A stretch of 64,000 bases of DNA from NCBI GenBank assembly GCA_903884815.1, contig CAISGE010000027.1:18780-82779 (forward strand), in the 5' to 3' direction. The translations under genes and the position numbers were made by a program. A model generated the notes under the pieces. It saw nothing but the letters and a program-made list of their open reading frames with translations. It was not told where the DNA came from and searched no databases. The DNA comes from Candidatus Omnitrophota bacterium. GTDB lineage: Bacteria > Omnitrophota > Omnitrophia > Omnitrophales > Aquincolibacteriaceae. Shown in pieces: positions 36,393 through 48,177 of the stretch (the first letter of the stretch is position 1; every line of letters starts with the position of its first letter).

Positions 36393-38486
36393 ATGATCGC
36401 CCAGGTGGCTGTGCCACTTCCGATCCCCACGGTCTTCAGTTACTCGATTCCTGAGCCTCATCGAGCGAAAGCCATTCCCGGGGTCCGCGCCACCGTGCCT
36501 TTCCGCAACACCGAGATCACAGGCTACATCGTCGCCGTCGTACCGATTTCAAGCTACGAGGTTGAAATGGGTAAGAGGTCCGTCAAGATGAAGCCCTTGA
36601 TTGGAATCTTGGACGATCAGCCTGTCCTCTCAACCGGAATGCTGCAACTCACAAAGTGGGTGAGTGAGCATTATGGCTCCAGCTGGGGAGAAGCAATCGA
36701 GAACGCGCTCCCGCGCTGGGTTAAATACGGAAAGAAAGTCGAGAAATACATAGAAAAAGCCAAAAAGGCGATCGGCACACACGCTGCGCCTCCTCAGGAC
36801 TACGCCTTATCCGATGAACAACACAGCGCCTTTGAGATCATTCAAAAGGTTCTGAGCGGGAATGCCGCGACTAAAAAACCCATTCTGATCTATGGCGTCA
36901 CGGGCAGCGGCAAAAGTGAATTGTATATCCGTGCCATCCGGCAGACTTTAAAACAGGACCGGGCCGCTATCTGTCTAGTCCCGGAGATCGCACTCACCGA
37001 ACAACTTCAAAGATTTTTCGCCGGCCATTTCGGGGAAGCGCTTGAGATCCTCCATAGCAAGATGACCGACGGCGAGCGATTCCTCACCTGGAAACGCATC
37101 GAAATGGGGACTTGCAAGGTGGTGCTCGGCCCTCGTTCCGCGGTGTTCGCGCCTGTCCCGAACCTCGGCCTCCTCATTATGGACGAAGAACACGAAGGCT
37201 CGTACAAGCAGGAGACCACGCCCCGGTATCACGCCCGTGAAGTGGCCGCCAGGCGCGCCCAAAATGAGGGCGCTTTATTCCTCATGGGCACGGCAACGCC
37301 ATCGCTTGAAAGCATGGAGATGGCAGAACGAGGCGTGATCGACCGAATTGATCTGACCCAGCGCATTGATCTCAGAGCCATGCCTAAAGTCGACGTGATT
37401 GACCTCAAACGCTATCAGGGGGACAAACGCCCGAGCCTTCTTTTTTCACCGCCCCTCATGCGCGAGATCGAGACCAATCTCAAAAATCAGGAAGGCACGA
37501 TGCTGCTCCTCAACCGTCGCGGCTTTTCCACATCGATCCGCTGTCCGACCTGCTCCGAGATCGAGAAATGCAAACACTGCGAAGTCGCGCTCACCTTTCA
37601 TCAGGAACAAAATCTCCTGCTCTGCCACTATTGCAATTATCAGAAAAAAGTCACGTCCGTGTGCGGGGAATGCGAGTCGCCGCTTCTGCGCTTCATGGGA
37701 TTCGGCACGGAAAAGATCGAAAGCGAGGTGGCCCGGTTTTTCCCGAGCGCCCGAATCGCCCGTCTCGACGCCGACACCACCCAAAAACGTGGCTCGCATG
37801 AGAAGGTCCTTGAGGATTTCCGGGAGCGAAAGATCGACATCCTCATCGGAACTCAGATGATCGCCAAAGGCTTCGATTTTCCTCACGTCACGCTGGTCGG
37901 CGTCGTGCTCGCGGATGTGGGACTCCGACTGCCGGATTTCCGTTCGAGTGAACGAACCTTCCAACTCCTGACCCAGTTCGCCGGTCGCGCGGGGCGAGGA
38001 ACGAAACCCGGCCGGGTCATCATCCAGACCTGGATGCCGGAACATCCGAGCATCCGTTTCGCAAAAGAGCATGATTTCCTCAGCTTTTACGCGCACGAAA
38101 AACAGTGCCGAGAGGAATTCCATTACCCGCCGTACCGCTCCCTCATCAATATCATCATCCGGTCCCACGATGAGAAAAAGGCGTATCTTTTCGCGCGAGA
38201 GCTGCGCGATCTGCTCCGAAAAGAACTGGGGACCCCTGCCGCGGTCAACGCCGATCTCCCGTCTGCGGTGACAGGTCTCGAAATCATCGGCCCCGCGCCG
38301 CTACCTTTCTATAAACTCCGTGGCCATTTCAGGTGGCATGTCATGCTCAAGATCCCCCCGCTTCATGCTAGCATTCCGTCAGGGGATCTCACGATCACAG
38401 CCAAGATCTATCAACTTCTAATGGACCTCAAGAAGCCCTCAGGAGTTGCTTTTCAACTCGACGTAGAACCCCTAAATATTTTGTAA
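36393..38486 (+). CDS. priA: primosomal protein N' (PriA helicase). The ORF-track GTG at 36318 is an alternative start.
   Basis: N-terminal MIAQVAVPLPIPTVFSY matches PriA starts. Walker A VTGSGKSE, DEEH box, Cys-rich Zn-binding insert (CPTCS...CKHC...CHYC...CGEC). Confidence 0.9.
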   Translation: MIAQVAVPLPIPTVFSYSIPEPHRAKAIPGVRATVPFRNTEITGYIVAVVPISSYEVEMGKRSVKMKPLIGILDDQPVLSTGMLQLTKWVSEHYGSSWGEAIENALPRWVKYGKKVEKYIEKAKKAIGTHAAPPQDYALSDEQHSAFEIIQKVLSGNAATKKPILIYGVTGSGKSELYIRAIRQTLKQDRAAICLVPEIALTEQLQRFFAGHFGEALEILHSKMTDGERFLTWKRIEMGTCKVVLGPRSAVFAPVPNLGLLIMDEEHEGSYKQETTPRYHAREVAARRAQNEGALFLMGTATPSLESMEMAERGVIDRIDLTQRIDLRAMPKVDVIDLKRYQGDKRPSLLFSPPLMREIETNLKNQEGTMLLLNRRGFSTSIRCPTCSEIEKCKHCEVALTFHQEQNLLLCHYCNYQKKVTSVCGECESPLLRFMGFGTEKIESEVARFFPSARIARLDADTTQKRGSHEKVLEDFRERKIDILIGTQMIAKGFDFPHVTLVGVVLADVGLRLPDFRSSERTFQLLTQFAGRAGRGTKPGRVIIQTWMPEHPSIRFAKEHDFLSFYAHEKQCREEFHYPPYRSLINIIIRSHDEKKAYLFARELRDLLRKELGTPAAVNADLPSAVTGLEIIGPAPLPFYKLRGHFRWHVMLKIPPLHASIPSGDLTITAKIYQLLMDLKKPSGVAFQLDVEPLNIL

Positions 38487-38523
38487 CCCAGTCCTACAAC
38501 TCAGATTTTTTTGATGCACAACG

Positions 38524-38853
38524 ATGAAAGGAACAATTATGACCGAGTTGAAAGGTGTGACCGTTGTTAAAAAAGCAAATGTCTATTTTGAGGGCAAGGT
38601 CACGAGCCGCACGGTAGTGTTTCCAGACGGCTCCAAGAAAACCCTTGGGATCATGCTTCCGGGGGAATATGAATTCGGCACTGTCGAAAAAGAGGTGATG
38701 GAGATCCTTTCGGGGAAACTCGCCCTCCAGCTGCCGGGATCGACCGATTGGCGTGCGATACAGGGAGGGACTTCTTTCGAAGTACCGGCGCAATCCAAGT
38801 TCCGACTTCGGGTCGCGGAGCTAACAGACTATTGCTGCTCATTCATTAAATAG
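38524..38853 (+). CDS. ppnP: pyrimidine/purine nucleoside phosphorylase PpnP (YaiE/UPF0345 cupin)
   Basis: About 109 aa. ANVYFEGKV...GEYEFGT...E is the characteristic YaiE pattern. Confidence 0.65.
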   Translation: MKGTIMTELKGVTVVKKANVYFEGKVTSRTVVFPDGSKKTLGIMLPGEYEFGTVEKEVMEILSGKLALQLPGSTDWRAIQGGTSFEVPAQSKFRLRVAELTDYCCSFIK

Positions 38854-38873
38854 CGTACGTTGAATTCAAACTT

Positions 38874-38899
38874 GCAGGGCAGGTTTAAACCTGCCCTGC
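38874..38899. terminator. perfect 13-bp inverted repeat GCAGGGCAGGTTT/AAACCTGCCCTGC between convergent genes. Candidate bidirectional terminator, though no U-tract is present.
   Basis: Seen directly. Confidence 0.35.
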
Positions 38900-38943
38900 G
38901 CATGACTGCCGCCCCCCCCTTGCCGGAGAAACGACAAGAAGAG

Positions 38944-39180
38944 CTAAGCAGCGCGTTTCTGTGCGGGGAAGAACGTGGTTCGTATCCAGCCCCAGTTCAG
39001 ATAGATGTGCGTTGCGGCAAGACAGATCAGAGCGAGCCCGTTATACTCGTGCACCGCGAATACCAGCTCCTTATTCGGAAGCTTGATCTCTGAAAAAATA
39101 ATAAGCGCCGTCCCGGCCTGAACGAGAAAAGAAAGGACCAAGGGCATATTCACGTAACGCAACATTTGGCTTTTATTCAT
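38944..39180 (-). CDS. hypothetical small membrane protein (78 aa, 2 TM)
   Basis: Start at MNKSQM (39180), divergent from def. Two hydrophobic helices. No family recognised. Confidence 0.35.
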   Translation of the reverse strand: MNKSQMLRYVNMPLVLSFLVQAGTALIIFSEIKLPNKELVFAVHEYNGLALICLAATHIYLNWGWIRTTFFPAQKRAA

Positions 39181-39308
39181 AACAATCCTTTCGTTGAATG
39201 TTCGGCAAGGGCCCCTAGCATAAATGAATCTCTCCTGGTGAGCAAATAGAAACCCTTCCCCGCGATTTTTTATAAGCGTCCTTTTTTTCGCGGTCCACGA
39301 CTTACCTC

Positions 39309-39337
39309 TTATCACTTATCATTTCTCTTGCTATAAT
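39309..39337 (+). promoter_or_regulatory. putative def promoter TTATCA-17-TGcTATAAT (extended -10). The -10 ends 6 nt before the ATG, so the transcript would be leaderless or nearly so.
   Basis: Seen directly. No Shine-Dalgarno sequence upstream of the def ATG. Confidence 0.4.
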
Positions 39338-39343
39338 CCGACT

Positions 39344-39859
39344 ATGTCTAAGCTTAAAATTCGCATTTATCCGGATCCGGTACTCAAAAAAAAGACGGCG
39401 CCCGTGACCGACTTTGGCCCCGTGACGCAAAAGCTCTTTGATGACATGATCGAAACCATGCATGTCTCCGATGGCGTCGGGCTGGCAGCACCCCAGATCG
39501 GGATCAGCCAACAGATCTTCATCGCCTGTCCCACCATGCGGCACGGCGAAGAATACGTCATAGTGAACGCCGTCATTGAAAAAATGTCCGGGGCTGAGGT
39601 CAAGGCCGAAGGATGCTTGAGCCTGCCGGGAATCTCCGCAGAGATCAAACGCGCCACAAAGCTTCGCATGAAATTCCAGGACCGGCACGGCAAGTGTTAC
39701 ACAGCTGAGCTTGAAAACTTCTTTGCCCGTGTCATCCAGCATGAAATGGATCATCAGAACGGCATTCTTCTGATCGATCACTTTAAGGGCAAGGGACGCG
39801 AAAAACTAATCGCTCAATATGAATCGGCCCACACCGCGAAAAACACTTCCAAACTCTAA
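39344..39859 (+). CDS. def: peptide deformylase
   Basis: GVGLAAPQIG, EGCLSLPG, HEMDHQNG motifs. Confidence 0.9.
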   Translation: MSKLKIRIYPDPVLKKKTAPVTDFGPVTQKLFDDMIETMHVSDGVGLAAPQIGISQQIFIACPTMRHGEEYVIVNAVIEKMSGAEVKAEGCLSLPGISAEIKRATKLRMKFQDRHGKCYTAELENFFARVIQHEMDHQNGILLIDHFKGKGREKLIAQYESAHTAKNTSKL

Positions 39860-39872
39860 GACTCATCCATTT

Positions 39873-40805
39873 ATGAAAATTGTCTTCTTCGGCTCCGATG
39901 CGTTCTCCATTAAGGCTCTAGAGGCCTGCCTGCACACCTCCGGCATGGAACTCTCACTCGTCGTGACCACACCGGCAAAAAAGAAGGGACGCGGCCTCAA
40001 ACTCGAACCCAGCGAAGTATATGATTATTGCCGGACCAAAGGTCTTCCGGTCACGGAATATCCCACGCTCCGCGATCCGAAAGTCGCGCAAGAGTTGATC
40101 ACGCTCCGTCCGGATCTCTTTGTGGTGGCTTCCTATGGAAAACTGATCCCGACCAACCTCCTGGATATCCCGAAATACCGTCTCAATGTCCATCCTTCGC
40201 TGCTTCCGAAATACCGCGGCTCCGCGCCCATCCACTGGCCCATCCTGAACGGAGACAAGGAGACGGGCGTCAGCATCCTCGACATCGCCGAGAAACTCGA
40301 CAGCGGCGACATTTATTATCAGGAACAGATCGCTCTTGACCTGCGCGCCAACGCCGCAACGCTAACTTCAGAACTCGCGCGGTTTTCCTACGGCGTTCTC
40401 AAGAAGGTTCTTGTCCAGGTCCTGAACGGCCAGCTCCGCGGCACCCCTCAGATCGAGTCCGAAGCGACGCTCGCGCCGCAGCTTTCAAAAAAAGACGGGG
40501 AGTTATCCTTTCTTACCATGACGGCGGAAGCTATCGATCGCAAAGTCCGGGGACTCCAGCCTTGGCCCGGAGCCTACTGTTTTCTGAAAGGGGAACGCCT
40601 CGCGATTCTCGAGACGCAACTGCCCGAACTGGACACAAAAGAAAAACCGGGTACCATAGTGTCCCTTTGTAGAGAAAAGGGCCTCGTGGTTGCGACGGTA
40701 AAGGGATGTCTCGGAATTCTCCGCGTCAAGCCAGAGGGAAAGAAGGAAATGTCCGCGACGGATTTCGCAAACGGACGAAGGCTGCAGCCCGGCTTCATCT
40801 TGTAA
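39873..40805 (+). CDS. fmt: methionyl-tRNA formyltransferase
   Basis: MKIVFFGSDAFS, formyltransferase core (HPSLLPKYRGSAPI) and the C-terminal domain. Classic def-fmt pair. Confidence 0.9.
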   Translation: MKIVFFGSDAFSIKALEACLHTSGMELSLVVTTPAKKKGRGLKLEPSEVYDYCRTKGLPVTEYPTLRDPKVAQELITLRPDLFVVASYGKLIPTNLLDIPKYRLNVHPSLLPKYRGSAPIHWPILNGDKETGVSILDIAEKLDSGDIYYQEQIALDLRANAATLTSELARFSYGVLKKVLVQVLNGQLRGTPQIESEATLAPQLSKKDGELSFLTMTAEAIDRKVRGLQPWPGAYCFLKGERLAILETQLPELDTKEKPGTIVSLCREKGLVVATVKGCLGILRVKPEGKKEMSATDFANGRRLQPGFIL

Positions 40806-40815
40806 AAGAGACCTT

Positions 40816-42126
40816 ATGATAAAAGAAATTGTAAAATATATTCAGCAAGACATATGGCGCTTTCGCACGAAAACGCTTGGCGGACTGCGTGGTTTGCTGC
40901 TTCGAACACTACGCATACTCACCTTGTCCTTCCGTGAGTTCTCCACGGATCAGTGCTCCCTGCGCGCCTCGGCCCTGACTTTTTTTTCACTGCTCTCGAT
41001 CGTCCCGGTGCTCGCCATGTCTTTCGGTCTTGCCAAAGGATTTGGGCTTGAGAAACTCCTGCGCGAAAAACTCGTCGAAAGCCTCGCGGGACAACGAGAT
41101 GTCCTCGCACAAGCCATTACCTTTGCCGAGAACCTTCTTCAAAACACGAAAGGGGGACTCATTGCGGGGGTCGGACTTGTGCTTCTTTTCTGGACCGTTA
41201 TCAAAGTGCTTGGCAGCATTGAAACTGCTTTCAATCACATTTGGGGGATCAAAAAAGACCGCGGCTTAGGTCGCAAATTCACCGATTATCTTGCCCTGAT
41301 GATGATCGTGCCCGTGCTTTACATCGTTGCCAGCAGCGCAACGGTCTTTGTGACGAGTCAGATCAGCCTTGTTACGAACAGGTTTGGGATGATCGGCCCC
41401 TTCGTCCTGCTCGGACTAAAGATCCTCCCGTTCGCCGTATTTTCGGGGCTTTTGACTTACCTTTATATTTTTATGCCGAACGGCAAGATCCGCTTCGGAT
41501 CGGCACTTCTCGGCGGACTTGTCGCCGGATCTCTTTATCAGGGATTGCAATGGGCCTACATCCATTTTCAGATCGGAGCCTCTAGCGCCGGTGCTATTTA
41601 CGGCAGCTTTGCCGCCCTTCCGCTTTTCTTGGCATGGCTACAAACGAGCTGGGTCATCGTACTCTACGGTGCGGAACTCGCGTTCGCCCACCAAAACGAA
41701 CAAACTTTCGAATTCGAACCGGATTGCCTTTCCGCGAGTCCCGCGACAAAAAAACTTTTGGCGCTGCGCCTGGCGCATCTTTGCGTCACCCGCTTTTCAA
41801 AGGGACTTCCGGCGCTTTCCATTGAAGAGATCGCCGCGCATCTTGAAATGCCCATCCGCCTGGCGCGTGATCTTTTGCATCGCCTTGCAGAAGCGGGTCT
41901 CCTCACGTTAATTCAAGGCCAGGACGAAAGGGATCGGCGTTATCAACCCGCTCTTGATGTGGGGGAGATGACGATACAATTCGTGATCGAAAAACTGGAC
42001 GAGACCGGAACCCGAAACATTCCGGTCGCGGAGACCTCCGAGCTTGAGAAACTCCGCGCATCTCTCGCGGCTTTTGAGCGCGCTGTCACTCAGCTTCCGG
42101 ACAATCGGTTACTCAAAGATCTCTAA
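40816..42126 (+). CDS. YihY/BrkB-family membrane protein with an approximately 130-aa C-terminal cytoplasmic extension
   Basis: N-terminal LRASALTFFSLLSIVPVLA is typical of YihY. Six predicted TMs. The C-terminal domain is unassigned. Confidence 0.8.
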   Translation: MIKEIVKYIQQDIWRFRTKTLGGLRGLLLRTLRILTLSFREFSTDQCSLRASALTFFSLLSIVPVLAMSFGLAKGFGLEKLLREKLVESLAGQRDVLAQAITFAENLLQNTKGGLIAGVGLVLLFWTVIKVLGSIETAFNHIWGIKKDRGLGRKFTDYLALMMIVPVLYIVASSATVFVTSQISLVTNRFGMIGPFVLLGLKILPFAVFSGLLTYLYIFMPNGKIRFGSALLGGLVAGSLYQGLQWAYIHFQIGASSAGAIYGSFAALPLFLAWLQTSWVIVLYGAELAFAHQNEQTFEFEPDCLSASPATKKLLALRLAHLCVTRFSKGLPALSIEEIAAHLEMPIRLARDLLHRLAEAGLLTLIQGQDERDRRYQPALDVGEMTIQFVIEKLDETGTRNIPVAETSELEKLRASLAAFERAVTQLPDNRLLKDL

Positions 42127-42162
42127 TGCCGCATCATGTTTTAAATGAGGGGTATGCGGCAT
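42126..42162 (+). terminator. hairpin (ATGCCGCAT...ATGCGGCAT, 9-bp stem) overlapping the yihY stop codon
   Basis: Seen directly. No clear U-tract. Confidence 0.3.
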
Positions 42163-42289
42163 AGCACTGTTACCCCTAGAATCAAACAGAGAACAGTGCT
42201 AACGCGAAATCGCGGTCTCTGGTAGAATCTCAACTCATTGGATGCTTGAACTTTTTAAATAGTCTGCCCTGCTAATAAGGAATCATGAG

Positions 42290-45443
<3,154 letters not shown>

Positions 45444-45505
45444 CTCATAGGGGACAGTGCCTTTTTGATTCAAAGGCGCTGTCCCCAACAGTTTTAAGGA
45501 AAAAA

Positions 45506-46777
45506 ATGAAAAAGAAAACAGTGAAGGATATTGATTTCCACGGGAAACGCGTTCTCATGCGCGTTGACTTCAATGTGCCGATGAAAGACGGCGTTCTTCA
45601 GGATGACACGCGCATCAAGGCCGCTTTGCCGACCATCCGATACGTGCTTGAGCAGGGTGCCAAAAGCCTTGTCCTGATGTCTCATCTGGGGGATCCCAAG
45701 AAAGATACGCAGAAAGCCAAAGAAAAAGCAGAAAAAGCCGGGAAGCCTTTCGATGAAAAGAAATTCATCGACGGAAAATACAAAATGGCTCCCGTGGCCG
45801 TAGCACTCGCAAAACTGCTCGGCAAACCTGTCCAACTCGCCCCGGCTTGCATGGGCCCTGAAACGGATGCCATGGTCAAGGCCCTTCCTCAAGGCGGCAT
45901 TCTGATGCTTGAGAACACGCGCTTCCATAAAGAAGAGACGTCAAAAGAATTGTCGGAGCGCGAGAAGATGGCCAAGGCCCTCGCTCAATACGGCGATATC
46001 TTCGTCAATGACGCCTTCGGCTCCGCGCATCGCGCCCATGCATCGACTGAAACTGTCGCGAGATACCTGCCAGCTGTCGCGGGTTTTCTTATCGAAAAAG
46101 AGCTGGATTACCTTCAAGACAAGATCGTCGATAATCCCGCGCGCCCCTTCGTGGCGATCATCGGCGGGGCCAAAGTGTCCTCAAAGATCGCGGTTCTCGA
46201 AAGCCTGCTAACCAAAGTCGACCGACTGATCGTCGGCGGCGGCATGGCCTACACTTTCTTAAAGGCGAAGGGACTTGCGGTAGGCGCCTCGCTCGTCGAA
46301 GAAGACATGATCGATACCGCTCGCCAGATCCTTCAAAAAGCCTACGAATCACACATCTATCTTTACCTTCCGATCGATCACATCGTCACGACAGAGTTTT
46401 CCGCAGACGCCGAGGCCAAACACGTCGCCCGCGGGAATATTGAAGCGAATCAGATGGGAATGGATATCGGCCCTCTCACGATCGACAAGTTTAAAGGAGC
46501 TCTCAAGGGCGCACGGACGGTTTTCTGGAATGGCCCTGTCGGGGTATTTGAATTTCCAAAATTTGCCACAGGCACGATGTCGCTGGCCAAAGCTATCGCG
46601 GAACTTCCGGATTGTATTACCGTGATTGGAGGAGGCGATTCTGTAGCGGCGGTCAATAAATCCGGTGTGGCGGACAAGATCTCTCATATGTCCACGGGCG
46701 GGGGAGCCTCTCTCGAACTCGTGGAAGGCAAAGTTTTGCCCGGAGTGGCAGCGCTTCTTGACAAGCACTGTTCTTGA
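45506..46777 (+). CDS. pgk: phosphoglycerate kinase (with a Lys-rich internal insertion of about 30 aa)
   Basis: RVDFNVP, SHLGDP, FGSAHRAHAS motifs. 424 aa, against the usual 395-400. Confidence 0.9.
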   Translation: MKKKTVKDIDFHGKRVLMRVDFNVPMKDGVLQDDTRIKAALPTIRYVLEQGAKSLVLMSHLGDPKKDTQKAKEKAEKAGKPFDEKKFIDGKYKMAPVAVALAKLLGKPVQLAPACMGPETDAMVKALPQGGILMLENTRFHKEETSKELSEREKMAKALAQYGDIFVNDAFGSAHRAHASTETVARYLPAVAGFLIEKELDYLQDKIVDNPARPFVAIIGGAKVSSKIAVLESLLTKVDRLIVGGGMAYTFLKAKGLAVGASLVEEDMIDTARQILQKAYESHIYLYLPIDHIVTTEFSADAEAKHVARGNIEANQMGMDIGPLTIDKFKGALKGARTVFWNGPVGVFEFPKFATGTMSLAKAIAELPDCITVIGGGDSVAAVNKSGVADKISHMSTGGGASLELVEGKVLPGVAALLDKHCS

Positions 46778-46786
46778 TATAACTCA

Positions 46787-46823
46787 AAGGTTAACAGTGC
46801 TTGTACTGCTAACCTTTTAATTT
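46787..46823 (+). terminator. imperfect hairpin (AAGGTTAACAG...CTGCTAACCTT) plus TTTTAATTT between pgk and tpiA. Candidate internal terminator or attenuator.
   Basis: Seen directly. One mismatch in the stem. Confidence 0.3.
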
Positions 46824-46883
46824 GATCCGTAAGCAGCACAAGTAATGTTCACGATTTAATTATAAAAGAAAAGAGCGGAACCG

Positions 46884-47669
46884 ATGAAAAAAAGACCCTT
46901 GATCGCCGGCAATTGGAAAATGTACAAAACCGCGTCCGAAGCTGTCACGCTTGTTCAGACGCTTAAGGCGGCCGCCCATACGGTCTCGAATGTCACCATT
47001 GTGATCTGCCCGCCTTTCACGGCCCTGAGTGAAGTGTCCAAGGTTTTAAAGGATACCGAGATCCATCTCGGCGCGCAAAATATGTATTCCGCTCCTGAAG
47101 GAGCTTTCACCGGCGAAATCTCGCCGACCATGTTGAAGGACTCCGGCTGCCGCTATGTGATCCTCGGCCATTCGGAACGCCGGCAATATTTCAAAGAAGA
47201 CGATATCCTAATCCACGAAAAAGTCAAAACGGCGCTCAAGTACAGCCTCATCCCGATCGTCTGTGTCGGAGAAACTCTCGCCGAAAGGGAAGCAAAAAAA
47301 CATTTCGACGTGGTGAAGACCCAGTTTGATGACTCGATCGGCGGGCTTGAAAAAGAGGACATCTCAAAAGTCGTCATCGCCTACGAGCCTGTTTGGGCCA
47401 TTGGAACGGGAAAAACTGCGACCCCCGATCAGGCGGAGCAGATGCATTCCTACATCCGCAGACTCCTCAACGAACGGTACGGCCAGGAGATCGGTAACCG
47501 GATCCCGCTCCTTTACGGCGGAAGCGTCAAGCCCGACAACACAAAGTCTTTGATGGAAAAGCCCAACATTGATGGAGCCTTGGTCGGGGGAGCCTCTCTA
47601 AAGGCCGAGTCCTTCGCCCAGATCATCCAGGAAGCGCAACAAACCTACGAATCGGGGAACCAGTCATGA
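46884..47669 (+). CDS. tpiA: triosephosphate isomerase
   Basis: IAGNWKM, active site AYEPVWAIGTG, GGASLK. Confidence 0.9.
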   Translation: MKKRPLIAGNWKMYKTASEAVTLVQTLKAAAHTVSNVTIVICPPFTALSEVSKVLKDTEIHLGAQNMYSAPEGAFTGEISPTMLKDSGCRYVILGHSERRQYFKEDDILIHEKVKTALKYSLIPIVCVGETLAEREAKKHFDVVKTQFDDSIGGLEKEDISKVVIAYEPVWAIGTGKTATPDQAEQMHSYIRRLLNERYGQEIGNRIPLLYGGSVKPDNTKSLMEKPNIDGALVGGASLKAESFAQIIQEAQQTYESGNQS

Positions 47670-48142
47670 ACATTCTCGTTGTCACCATTCACATCATCGT
47701 CTGTTTCGTTCTGATCATTGTGATCCTTCTCCAGGCCGGCCGCGGACAGGGCCTCACAGGAGGAAGCTTCGGAGGGAACGTACAATCCCTTTTCGGAACA
47801 AAGGCGTCGTCCTTTCTGACGAAAGCCACCAGTGTTTGCGCGATCCTCTTTCTTTTCACATGCATCGGTCTGAACGTTCTGGAAGTCCAGAAGAGCCGCT
47901 CGCTTTTCCGCGGGCCGGGAAACCAAACCCCGCTTGATGTGGAACAGATCAAGAAAGCTCTTGAGAAGATCAAGCAGATCGATCCTGCCACGGCCGCAGC
48001 CTCGGCCAAGGCCATCAAGACGGGCAAAGCGACTACTGTCGCGACAACCACCGCTAAAGCCCAATCGGATGCGACCAAGCTTGCCGAAACCGCAAAAAAA
48101 GAAGTCGCTAAGACCGCTCTTCCTGAGGCGACTAAGCCCTAG
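47666..48142 (+). CDS. secG: preprotein translocase subunit SecG with an approximately 80-aa Ala/Thr/Lys-rich C-terminal extension
   Basis: LIIVILLQAGRGQGL...GGNVQSLFG is the SecG signature. ATGA overlap with tpiA. Confidence 0.8.
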   Translation: MNILVVTIHIIVCFVLIIVILLQAGRGQGLTGGSFGGNVQSLFGTKASSFLTKATSVCAILFLFTCIGLNVLEVQKSRSLFRGPGNQTPLDVEQIKKALEKIKQIDPATAAASAKAIKTGKATTVATTTAKAQSDATKLAETAKKEVAKTALPEATKP

Positions 48143-48177
48143 GTTTCCCAAGAGTCTTTCCGCATGACGCGAGCACT

